Shown here piece by piece: positions 40,604-53,060 of a stretch of DNA of 64,000 bases; the stretch's first letter is position 1, and every line of letters starts with the position of its first letter. The position numbers were made by a program, and so were the translations under genes. This DNA comes from Cycas panzhihuaensis (Eukaryota; Plantae; Cycadophyta): contig CM041465.1 of NCBI GenBank assembly GCA_023213395.1, forward strand, positions 147,195,741-147,259,740, read 5' to 3'. The notes under the pieces are model-generated. The model was not told the origin of the DNA and made no database searches. It saw nothing but the letters and a program-made list of their open reading frames with translations.

Positions 40604-43600
40604 AATAATGTCTTCCAACTCCATGATGTTTGAATATACCTACTTCAACTTGAAACAAAATCTGTCAAATTAATAGAAAAAATACCTTGAATTTCATACC
40701 AACATGCTCGTTTTTGAAGTACGGTTCCAAAGCCCTAGACTATTTTAAAAATGGATGCCTTTGTCTCTACATTTGTGATTGTGTATCAACCAATTTCACT
40801 TGCGCATAAAAAAGATTTTTTCCTAAATTGAGTGTTCTTCTCGATCTGGTATGATGCTTTACTATTTCTACGGGATTGTACCCCCTATTTCACAAATTTA
40901 TAGTTGTCATTCGTTCAACCTCTCTCTTTCATAAATCTGTCCAACATTCTTTGCTTATATTTCCTTGATGTTGTTGAAGAAACTTTATCACCTTGAGCCA
41001 GATGTTATTCATATAATAACTCTTATTGTTCCTATTTCTAGAGCTACCCACGTTGTGTTAACCAAATACAATAGCAAATGTAACCCACAATGAAACTATG
41101 CAACCCAATCACAAAGAGAACGGTAATTCAAAACTCTAAAAGGAAAAACTTTTGTTTTGGAAAATTCAATTCATGTGTGTGTTTGCAAATTTAAGATACT
41201 CAACTTCTTCGTTAACTACACCAATCAACGTAGGGATAACACTTGCTACACATGCTATTCCATCTACCTTAACCCCTTCTCTTAGTCCTTCGGCAGCTGC
41301 ACTTATCATTAATCTCTTTATTCATCAGGACATAAAAAAATAGGACTTCCAACGATGCTAGCTATGTGATATTTGCAAAAATATTATTTGAATTAACAAA
41401 AAAAAAGAATGCACTCATGGGCTATGCATAAATGAACGTTGGATAAATCATGATCCATATTTGAAGCACCATTGGTATACTGCTTTAACTTCAAGATTTT
41501 TCTCTCTGTAAGGGTTGAGTCTACACGTTGATCAAGTGAAGGAATAAGAAATGAATGCCTCTTGGATGCCCAAAAGTCTTGCTCATTTGATGACAGTTAT
41601 CTTTACTAGAAACTCGAGGTTCAATAATATCTATAAGTAAGTATCTTTGTTGCTATAGAATGGTAGATTTCTTCATCACGATCTTGTTAGACCTGGAAAC
41701 ATCCACGATCATTCAAGTTGCACTCTCCTTTGGTTTGGAATCTTAAATAATGGGCATCGCTCATTATCATCATCTGTACAAAGGTGTAGCCAAACAACCT
41801 CTCCAACGATATTTAAATATTCTTAACATGTCTATTTGCTTCATTGCAATTGAGCTTCTCTATCTCCTCCAAATCCCTTAAATGAATCGTATGCGATTAT
41901 TGTTATTTTTTTCAAGGATGTTTCCTTGTGATTTTTCTTGAGCAATTTCTACTTTAAAACCTTTAAATGCTTTTAAACATCAGTAGAAAAGATGTTTTAC
42001 GGAATAGCTTTTGAAGTTTGGAGAACTCTATCATTCCAACCTCTAAGTTACTTAATCTTTTCTAAAGTCTCAATATATGAAATGTTAGTGGTATTGAATC
42101 GAGCATTAATGATCTCAATTCTGACTTCATTGTTTCACTGTATTCAATTGAAAGACTCTACATTAACAAATTATGGTTCTATACACCTTTCGAACTCAAA
42201 CATATTAGGCATACAATGTATTGAAATGAAGATAAACAAACACCACACCTCTACAAAGAATCCTTGCTTGATCACCCAGCTCACGACTCATAAATCTCTC
42301 TTTTTAATGGCCGTAAAACTATACAACTATAGTTTATAGAGAATGTCACATATGCCATTCTATTAACAATCTCACCAAGTCCTATACGTTTGATTCCTAT
42401 TATGGCAATAACATAGCCATGCTTTCCCTTGCAGGTTCCTTTCATTTCCTTAATAAGTTAGGCTATGAGTTTCTCTCTGATATTTTTTTCGAAGTAGTGA
42501 GAATGCACTCTTAGGTTATCCTTGATTCTCAGTATTGGCACTGTAACGTACCTACACAACTTGCTCTGATACCATGTTAAACATGGTTATCAAATCTTCA
42601 TTGTATTGAATTAATGTTGAACAAGACGTATACATATTTATACTTGGACTTATTGGTAACTCCTCTAACGAAAAGTGCAACCACCTGACCAACTAATTAG
42701 GTATTACATATTTAATGACATTACTAAACATCTATATTGGGCCTTAAACAATATCTTTATTGACCATTGCATAATACTTAAGACTATTACATTAATGACC
42801 CTAAGACATACCTTATACCTAAATACATTAAACATTATATTCTAACACTTTCTATTGATGATGAGTACAACTTTAGTCCATTGTTGTTTAGTCCACCCAT
42901 CATGTTGCTTGGACTAGAAACAATATCATCTCCTTAGTTGCAAATTTTTTTCCATTGTATTTTCATTTTATTCTAGCCCATTGGGCATCATTCTTTCTTT
43001 TTTATGGCTTGTTGTTGACTTAGTGAGTTTGTAGCCTGGTTGCATGGTTATTTTATGTAAAAAGCTAAATTATTGCCATACCACCTTGATTTTTATTTGC
43101 AATAGTGGTACTTTAAAGTACACAAAATACTTCATAGTTCTGTGAATATGTTGCAGTACCGTTGATATATTCATAGTACAATTCTTACCAACTTAGATTT
43201 GGGATTTTTAGTGATAGTTAGCTTATTAATAACTTATTGTCCAATAGGGGCAGATTATGTCAACCCCAAGTTGACCCTTATCAGATTTTGGAGGCCTAAG
43301 AAATCCAAATCCTTTCCAAATCTTACTCTTCCCAAGTCACTCAAACCATGAGTAAAACTCATGGTTTTGGCTTGGTGGTTTTTCCCACATTATGGGTAGA
43401 GAACCACCAACCCCTCACCTTAATTTCCTCTATTGAATCCCCTTCTTTTTCTATTGAAAGAGGAGACTTAGAGATTATGCTACCCTATCATCATACTACT
43501 AAAATTCCTCTAGAATCTTAGCAACTTGATCTTTTTTTCTAGCATCCATTTAGAGATTGAAAGCACAACACTAGAGACAACTTGGAGGTCCTTGAAGGAG

Positions 43601-43724
43601 AAAAACAATAGTCATTGGCCATCTATTTTCCTAGAGGTATAGGTAATTCATTTCTCTTTTTATCATGGGTATTCCTTTCTACTCCATTTGTTTCCATCTT
43701 TATGCTATGATTGTATAATAAAAT
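40604..43724 (-). repeat. Inverted duplicate of 47076-50184 (flank, 5' LTR of H at 42575-42847, PBS and 5' internal region of H)
   Basis: Reverse-complement match end to end, from AATAATGTCTTCCAACTCC vs GGAGTTGGAAGACATTATT to TATGATTGTATAATAAAAT vs ATTTTATTATACAATCATA; ORFs 41992(+) and 48527(-) are paralogous. Confidence 0.97.
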
Positions 43725-43735
43725 AGATGGCCAAT

Positions 43736-43736
<1 letters not shown>

Positions 43737-43778
<42 letters not shown>

Positions 43779-43797
43779 TTGTATATATGTATGTATA

Positions 43798-43864
<67 letters not shown>

Positions 43865-44389
43865 GTATATGTATATGTATATACATGTATATGTACATAT
43901 ATATATACATATATGTACATATATATACATACATATATGTACATACATGTACATACATATATGTACATACATGTACATACATATATGTACATACATATAC
44001 GTACATATATGTACATACATATACGTACATATATGTACATACATATACGTACATATATGTACATACATATACATACATATATGTACATACATATACATAC
44101 ATATATGTACATACATATACATACATATATGTACATACATATACATACATATATGTACATACATATACATACATATATGTACATACATATACATACATAT
44201 ATGTACATACATATACATACATATATGTACATACATATACATACATATATATATACATATACATACATATATATATACATATACAACATATATATATACA
44301 TATACATACATATATATATACATATACATACATATATATATACATATACATACATATATATATACATATACATACATATATATATACAT

Positions 44390-44422
<33 letters not shown>

Positions 44423-44436
44423 CAGACGTATATATA
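43737..44436. repeat. Compound (CA)n/(TA)n microsatellite with a 24-bp higher-order unit ACATATATGTACATACATATACAT
   Basis: Direct reading; 8-aa periodicity (YVYVCTYM) in the spurious ORFs. Confidence 0.95.
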
Positions 44437-46211
44437 AGGGTGATAAAATTAAACTTGCACGACTTCAATTAAATCACATGATAATTAATATATATCAATT
44501 CAACTGATGTAATGTGATGAAATACATTAAATATTCAACGCAAGCATCTTTGAAATATCACTCACGACAATTTATCATGTAGATATTAAACCTGGGTAAT
44601 GTCAAATATTAATGAGTGATTGTAAAATATTTAAATGATGAGCAAAAAAGGCCATCATGTGCAATTTGATATTATCAAACCAGGTGACTTTATCATGTAA
44701 TAGAATCGACGGGTGACAAAATATCATAGCAAAATACATTTAAATGATGACTTTATAAAATTGAATAAATCTTCAAATTTATATTATTGGCGATCAAATA
44801 AATATCATTGGACTTGGGCAATTTCAAATACACCAATGGGTGACTAAATTTAAGAGCATACCTTTACGTTGTCATAATTATTTACAACTTTGTGTCTTAT
44901 TTCTTGCGCATCTTCAAATGGCCCTCACTCTACAAATATTTGTTCTGTGGCAAATAACACAACACGCCCACACACAAATACTATGTCATTTATGTGAATA
45001 TGTAAAACAAATTTGCATCTAATGACCTATGACAACCTCTCTCTCTCTCTATGTATATAAGTTGTGTCTCTCTCTTTGAGGGCATCACTCATACAAGTCA
45101 TGAGGGCATCTCTAGCAAATAAGTCTATTACAACTTCTTTATAGTAGATACAATGCTCAAAGACTAATAGATTTCACTGCGATACGAACTCACACCTACT
45201 TACCAAGTAGTATTTGATCTTCACACAAATGGAAAATCTTTGATCAACTTCAATCTAGTAGGAAACCAATCTCTTGGATGGCAACTGAGAAAATAAAGGT
45301 TGTATTTATAGAACTGGGGGCACCAATAATGCTTCACACTTGAATACTTATACAAAATAGCCTTACACTCCTCTACACACCACCAAGTATCAATAAGTAC
45401 CTGGAAAAATAAATAACAGAAGTACTAGGAGTCTGTACGTGATCATTGCAGCACCATGGTTGTTCTTTTGGTTGTTGGATAAGCTGATCCTCAAGGGGTG
45501 AGATAGCATGACCCGACAACAAATAATCAAATAATCCACCTAACATTTGCCTAATTGTTCACCACTTGCTACTCTAATACCATATTAGAAAACACCAAAT
45601 ATAAACAAATATGATGTTATAATCGTTTATGTACATAAAAGACTTGAATAGAACAAGCACACATGACAAATAGATTTGACGTGGGAACTTTCGAGAAAAA
45701 ACCCATCACAGATATATTATTACATTTTGACAAATTTATATTTATTTTTACAATAGACTTTGATCTATATTTATAGATCATAAGTGCCTCAAATATAAAT
45801 ATTTAGATTACATCCATTAGCTTAGATAATATCACAATATTATATCAATATATTTGCACAATATATTCACCACTTTTACATTAGTTGGTATGTGATATAA
45901 TATCACTTTAATAGAATGAAAATAATTGCTACTGTAATCCTACCTTCTGTTGTATGTCCCCTCATAAATTTAGGAGTCATGACAACATGATCCTTCTTTA
46001 TGTCTTGGGTTTATACTAAAATGGCATGTATCCAATTCAATTCCTTGCTTCTACCACGAATGCAATGCACATGCAAAATGATGAAAATAATAAAGTGAAA
46101 ATGCTTCTCTTTTTTCTTTTTTTTTGTTTTCTATTTTTTTTTTTAGAAAAGCAGGGGAATCAAATATGCAAATCTTTCTTTTTCCTTTTCTTCCATTGCT
46201 TTGGTTTATTT

Positions 46212-46254
<43 letters not shown>

Positions 46255-47943
46255 AAAAAGAAATAAAAAGTGAGGAAGGGGGATTGAGAGTGGATGATTG
46301 AGCTAATCTACTTCTCCTTTCTACCCTCCCTTCTTATGCAAAAATCAATACAATTCCCTTTTTCTTTTCTTTTCCTTTTGTTTTTCTTTTTTCTAAACAA
46401 AGAAAATAGCAACAAATCAAGATTCAAAATAGTGTATGTAGATATATGAAGGTTGTAGTTGTTTGTGTCTCCCTCCAATGCCTTATAAGTGCCTCAAACA
46501 AAGTAAAGAAAGAAACAAAAATTCTACTAACCTAATCTAAAGAAATTTTAGCAACTATCTACTTACCAGGTATATTATAGCAAGAAAAAAGAGTATGATA
46601 AAAAGATAAAAAATAAAATAAAGGATAGAAATAAGGTGTTGACCTTGCCTCCTTAAAATGATAGTTGAAATGTAGGATTGCTTGGGATTACTTGGAGAAT
46701 AACGTATTACTTAATGATCTTGTAGGTTTTTCTCCCTTCTTGCACAAGTTGGTGACCTACAAGACAAGTACTCTTATAAGGAATACAACACTATAAGTAT
46801 ATATATCACTAAAACAATAATAAGCAAATTCCTTCAAAAGTCAAGATGCTACCTTTAAGCTATGAAATAAAATAAATAGGATTGGTGGAGTTTCCTCAGA
46901 ATGACTACCATCCCCCAACATACAAGGGCTCCTTAAGTGTACTTAGGTGTCGTCCCTTATTTTACAGCTTTATGAAACACTGGATGAAGTAATAATTAAG
47001 AAAAAATATGAAACAATCACTTACTGAATAAAGGAAGACTATGAAATATAAGAAAATTAACTAGCATGTCCTACCATTTTATTATACAATCATAGCATGA
47101 AGATGGAGACAAATGGAGTAGAAAGGAATACCCATGATAAAAAGAGAAATGAATTACCTATACCTCTAGGAAAATAGATGGCCAATGACTATTGTTCTTC
47201 TCCTTCAAGGACCTCCAAGTTGTCTCTAGTGTTGTGCTTTCAATCTCTAAATGGATGCTAGAAAAATAGATCAAGTTGCTAAGATTCTAGAGGAATTTTA
47301 GTAGTATGATGATAAGGTAGCATAATCTCTAAGTCTCCTCTTTCAATGGAAAAAGAAGGGGATTCAATAGAGGAAATTAAGGTGAGGGGTTGGTGGTTCT
47401 CTACCCACAATGTGGGAAAAACCACCAAGCCAAAACCATGAGTTTTACTCATGGTTTGAGTGACTTGGGAAGAGTAAGATTTGGAAAGGATTTGGATTTC
47501 TTAGGCCTCCAAAATCTGATAAGGGTCAACTTGGGGTTGACATAATCTACCCCTATTGGACAATAAGTTATTAATGAGCTAACTATCACTAAAAATCCCA
47601 AATCTAAGTTGGTAAGAATTGTACTATAAATATATTAACAGTATTGCAACATATTCACAGAACTGTGAAGTATTTTGTGTACTTTAAAGTACCACTATTG
47701 CAAATAAAAATCAAGGCGGTATGGCACTAATTTAGTTTTTTACATAAAATAAGCATGCAACTAGGCTACAAACTCACTAAGTCAATAAGAAGCCATAAAA
47801 AAGAAAGAATGGTGCCCAATGGGCTAGAATAAAATGAAAATACAATGGAAAAACTAAGGAGATGATATTGTTTCTAGTCCAAGGAGCATGATGGGTGGAC
47901 TAAATAACAATGGACTAAAGTTGTACTCATCATCAATAGAAAG

Positions 47944-50900
47944 TGTTAGAATATAATGTTTAATGTATCTAGGTATAAGGTACGTCTTAGGGTCATCAAT
48001 GTAATAGTCTTAAGTATTATGTAATGGTCAATAAAGACATTGTCTAAGGTCCAATAGAGATGTTTAGTAATGTCATTAAATATGTAATACCTAATTAGTT
48101 AGTTGGGTGGTTGCACTTTTCATTAGAGGAGTTACCAATAAGTCCAAGTATAAATATGTATATGTCTCGTTCAACATTAATTCAATACAATGAAGATTTG
48201 ATAACCATGTTTAACATGGTATCAGAGCAGGTTGTGTAGGTACGTTACAGTGCCAATACTGAGAATCAAGGATAACCTAAGAGTGCATTCTCACTACTTC
48301 AAAAAAAATATCAGAGAGAAACTCATAGCCTAACTTATTAAGGAAATGAAAGGAACCTGCAATGGAAAGCATGGCTATGTTATTTCCATAATAGGAATCA
48401 AATGTATAGGACTTGGTGAGATTGTCAATAGAACGACATAAGTGACATTCTCTATAAACTATAGTTGTATAGTTTTATGGCCATTAAAAAGAGAGATTTG
48501 TGAGTTGTTGTGAGCTGGGTGATCAATCAAGGATTCTTTGTAGAGGTGTGGTGTCTGTTTATCTTCATTTCAATACATTGTATGCCTAATATATTTGAGT
48601 TTGAAAGGTGCATAGATCCATAATTTGTTAACAGAGAGTCTTTTGGTTGAATACAGTGGGACAATGAAGTCAGAATTGAGATCATCAATGCTCGATTCGA
48701 TACCACTAACATTTCATATATTGAGACTCTAGAAAAGATTAAGTAACTTAGAGGTTGGAATGATAGAGTTCTCCAAACTTCAAAAGTTATTCCGTCAAAC
48801 ATCTTTTCTACTGATGTTTAAAAGAATTTAAAGGTTTTAAAGTAGAAATTGCTCAAGAAAAATCATAAGGAAATATCCTTGAAAAAACAACGATAATTGC
48901 ATACGATTCATTTAAGGGATTTGGAGGAGATAGAGAAGCTCAATTGCAATGAAGCAAACAAACATGTTAAGAATATTTAAATATTGTTGGAGAGGTTGTT
49001 CGGCTACACCTTTGTACAAACGATGATAATGAGCGATGCCCATTATTTAAGAAGCCAAACCAAAGGAGAACGCAACTCGAATGATTGTGGATGTCTCCAG
49101 GTCTAACAAGATCGTGATGAAGAAATCTACCATTCTATAGTAACAAAGATATTTAGTTCTAGATATTGTTGAACCTTGAGTTTTAACAAAGGTAACTGTC
49201 ATCAAATGGGCCAGATATTTGGGCATCCAAGAGGCATTCATTTCTTATTCCTTCACTTGATGAACACGTAGACTCAACCCTTACAGAGAGAAAAATCTTG
49301 AAGTTAAAGCAGTATACCAATGGTGCTTCAAATATGGATCATGATTTATCCAACATTCATTTATGCATAGCCCATGAGTGCATTCTTTTTTTTTGTTAAG
49401 TCAAATAATATTTTTGCAAATATCACATAGCTAGCATCATTGGAAGTCTTATTTCTTTTATGTCCTGATGAATAAAGAGATTAATGATAAGTGCAGTTGC
49501 CGAAGGACTAAGAGAAGGGGTTAAGGCAGATGGAATATGTAGCAAGTGTTATCCCTACATTGATTGGTGTAGTTAACGAAGAAGTTAAGTATCTTAAATT
49601 TGCAAACACACACATTAATTGAATTTTCCAAAACAAAATTTTTTCCTTTTAGAGTTTTGAATTACCATTCTCTTTGTGATAGGGTTGCATAGTTTCATTA
49701 TGGGTTACATTTGATATTGTATTTGGTTAACATAACGTGGGTAGCTCTAGAAATAGGAACAACAAGAGTTATTATATGAATAACATCTGGCTCAAGGTGA
49801 TAAAGTTTCTTCAACAACATCAAGGAAATATAAGCAAAGAACATTGGACAGATTTATGAAAGAGAGAGGTTGAACGAAGGACGACTACAAATTTGTGAAA
49901 GAGGGGGGACAGTCCCTTAGAAATAATAAAGCATCATACTAGATCAAGAAGAACACTCAATTTAGGAAAAAATCTTTTTTATGCGCAAGTGAAATTGGTT
50001 GATACACAGTCACAAATGTAGAGACAAAGGCATCCATTTTTAAAATAGTTTAGGGTTTTGGAACCGTACTTTAAAAACGAGCATGTTGGTATGAAATTCA
50101 AGGTATTTTTTTTGTTAATTTGACAGATTTTATTTCAAGTTGAAGTAGGTATATTCAAACATCATGGAGTTGGAAGACATTATTATTTTTATATAAAAAA
50201 GAAATGAATAGTAGTTGACAGATCTTCCTTTCCCTTTACCCAAATATATGGGAACAAATTTCCATTTGTAGATAATTAAAATAGAAAGCATACTAATGTT
50301 TTAAAGGCTATGGAAAATTATTGATGATCCTACATCAATTAATGAAAAATGGGAGGAAATTTTTAAGAAGAATAACATAATTACCATTAATGTGATGCTT
50401 GCAGCTTTTGACAAGAAAAGCCTTCCTCTTTCTTACCAATTCCTTATTCATATACTTCAAAATATTGACTCTGCTAAAGAGGCCTAGAATTTATTGATAG
50501 AAGTGTATGAAAAGGGTCCTCAAGAAGTGCAGAAAACTATGAGAAATATAAAGAACCAGAAAAAGAAGCTAAAGAGGAAAGTGAAAGGGGAAAACTAGCT
50601 TGATTCTAGAAAGCCTACATTGAGAATTGCTGGAAAAATAGAAGTTGAAAAACCTAAAAGTGATTTCAAACCTTAACCTTTATAAGTGGTAAGTCATGGA
50701 GGCACAGGTACTTTAGTAGAAAGTATGGGAAACATTATCTTAATTTGTATTGATAGATTTATTACCAAGATACAAATGATGTCAGGTATATGGTTATTTC
50801 CACATGCACAAGACTCACTATGATTACGTTCAATTCAATTGCATTTCCTATTCTTGTCTTTGAAAGAATCCAAATTATGTTAGCATACCCTGCAATGACT

Positions 50901-51890
50901 CTAGAAGACCCATCTAAAGGAAGGAAAAACATAGTTAGAATATCATTTGATCAAAATCTTATTCACCAAGATTAATGTGTATTTTGGGTAGGCTACTTAA
51001 CCATGAAATTCAATCATATCAAAGTGATGTTATATCTTTATGTAGCCATATTTAGCAAATATATGTATGTAATCATAATAGAAGTTCTCATCATATTTGG
51101 CACAAAGGATTCATTCGATGATATAGAGAGAACAAGGTATATACCTTCACAATAAGAGTTAAGAAAGGAATCATTATTCCTTCTTTTCTTTCAAGTAAGT
51201 GTTCATTGGCTTAGGAATTTGATTGCCTTGGTAGACTTAGAGACAAATAAAAAAAATCCATTTCTCTTCATAGAGTTGAAATTATATGTTATCTCATTTA
51301 ATCCATGAGATAAAAATCAAAGGATACCACATCTACAGTTGGAATACATAAGAGGAGCCACTAAATAGGAAGTATGAGATGACAAAATAAATACCACATA
51401 TAAGTTTTATAGCATTTTAGTTGAAATCTAGGTTTATGACATCAGCTTCAAAAAAGTTCTAAAACTCAGGCATTGGAAATTTAAATAACTCTTCAAGTCA
51501 AGTCTTTTGTCTAGTTGTGTCAGTCAATCTTTAAAAGTAGGTGTTATAATGTTCTTGGTAGTCTGTGTTCTTATGATTATGACATTAAACATTAAGGGGA
51601 TATGTTAGAATATAATGTTTAAGATATAAATGTTTAATGTATCTAGGTATAAGGTATGTCTTAGGGTCATTAATATAATAGTCTTAAGTATTATGTAATG
51701 ATCAATAAAGATGTTGTCTAAGGTCCAATAGAGATGTTTAGTAATGTCATTAAATATATAATAACTAAGTAGTTGGTCATGTGGTTGTACTTTTCCTTAG
51801 AGGAGTTACCAATAAGTTTAAGTATAAATATATATATACATCATTCAACATTTATTCAATACAATGAAGATTTAATAACCATGTTTAACA
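47944..51890 (+). mobile_element. Gag-only non-autonomous LTR element H (TR-GAG-like)
   Basis: LTRs TGTTAGAA...TTTAACA at 47944-48216 and 51603-51890; PBS TGGTATCAGAGC at 48217; PPT ATTAAGGGGATA; TSD GAAAG/AAAAG (4 of 5); no pol motifs seen. Confidence 0.93.
50161..50598 (+). pseudogene. Gag-like pseudogene of H, homologous to the ORF of E
   Basis: Manual translation in one frame: ELEDIIIFI*KRNE**LTDLPFPLPKYMGTNFHL*IIKIESILMF*RLWKII...DSAKEA*NLLIEVYEKGPQEVQ. Confidence 0.8.
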
Positions 51891-53060
51891 AAAAGAGGGC
51901 ATGGATAAACAACCAAACAAGCTAATCCAGTATACATCAACTATCTAAAATTAAATAAAGATTAATAAGGTGTGAAAAATATTGAGAAGCATACATATAC
52001 TTATATGTTTATTACCATATCCAAGCCCATTCCCATAAGCTAGAAAACACTACCCCCTTGGTAATAGAATCTCTTCAATTTAAAGTTAAAAGATGGTGAA
52101 TGTTGCCAATAGAGATTATGTGAGATATAATAATAATAACAATGAAATATGTGTATATAACACGGGGCGATGACTGCCATAGCTGTGCCTTATTAATAAG
52201 AGGTTGAAGAGTGCTACCCTTAAAGGGTGTTTCCCAGTTTAGCCTCCTAGGAAAATAATAATGGAGGTGTACAAGCTAAAAAGGATGATGAGACAGTGAC
52301 TAAATCGATCCCAATGATCTGATGGCTACAAATCCTAAGTATGTATAAAATGGGATGTCAAACAATAAAGGTGTTGCCTTAAAAGTAAGACAAAGTGAGC
52401 AACATGGCCCAAGATAGGATCTTGGAAGCCCAAAGTCCCTTGAATATGTGAAGTGATGCCTCAAATGCCTAAGGGGAAGGCTCGATGAATCTACGTGGGT
52501 CGTTATATTTTAACCTCATTAGTAGTCATCTTTTAGAGAAGGAGTGGTTTGGGTTCTTCTTGAAGCTAGTTTTTCATATTTTAACATTTTACTTTGTATT
52601 TTGTAATTTTATATTATTTTTAGAATTTTTACTACTTTTTCTTTTGTTATTTTTTTATGGTTTTATGATTTTATTTTTTAAGATTTTAAAAGGATTTTCT
52701 ATTATTTTCTAGGTTTTTGTAAATAGGAGTTATATAAAAGGAAATATGCAAACAAAGGAAAGGGTGATAAAATAAAAAGATCGAGGATATGAAATACAAA
52801 GGAGCAATGCAACCTATGGAAGCCATACTCTAGTCTAATATTTACAAATATATAAGGTAGTTTACCCTTGTTACGGAGCATGGTGGTGGATTAAGCTCTC
52901 ATTGGAGCATGTGAGAAGCTTTGACAGCATGGATTAGCTTTTAAAAGGGGCTAAAGGTGCCCGAGGTTATCACCATAGTTTAACCTCTTTAATAAGTGCC
53001 CCTTGGAGGTGAGACTAGGTGGGATTTGACCCCTGAATATATGTCTCAATGGAAGGCCCA

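Larger units (their letters stand above)
37839..45913 (-). mobile_element. Internally deleted Copia-derived element G (old), carrying a later inverted insertion
   Basis: 5' LTR 45583-45913 and 3' LTR 37839-38171; reverse-complement PBS ACTCTAATACCA at 45571-45582; reverse-complement PPT TCCCCTCTTAA from 38172; perfect TSD GAATG at 37834-37838 and 45914-45918; RT and RNase H remnants at 38270-38740. Confidence 0.9.
45919..52049 (-). repeat. Probable 3' LTR of the Gypsy element, split by H and G and continuing left of 37834
   Basis: The minus strand reads CCAAGGGGGTAG|TGTTTTCTAG at about 52061-52040 (PPT then TG); non-coding, with (CT)n at 46216-46250 and the palindrome AAACCATGAG...CTCATGGTTT. 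The partner LTR is not in the window. Confidence 0.5.

Noticed and set aside
40415-40658. ORFs with CVCVCV/HTHTHT runs; also ORFs 19869-20069 and 46026-46256
   Set aside because: Microsatellite translations.
43623-44507. Six long overlapping ORFs (222-281 aa) of Y/I/M/V/C/H/T
   Set aside because: Stop-free translations of an alternating purine-pyrimidine microsatellite; not genes.
40130-45180. Possible solo LTR inside G hosting the microsatellite (TATA-like TATATAAG at about 45054)
   Set aside because: Termini and TSD could not be defined.
40604-50184. Inverted arms as TIRs of a giant DNA (foldback) transposon, or as an assembly artefact
   Set aside because: The arms cut through element H and straddle the G boundary, with no TSD or transposase; many substitutions and indels between arms argue against a simple misassembly.
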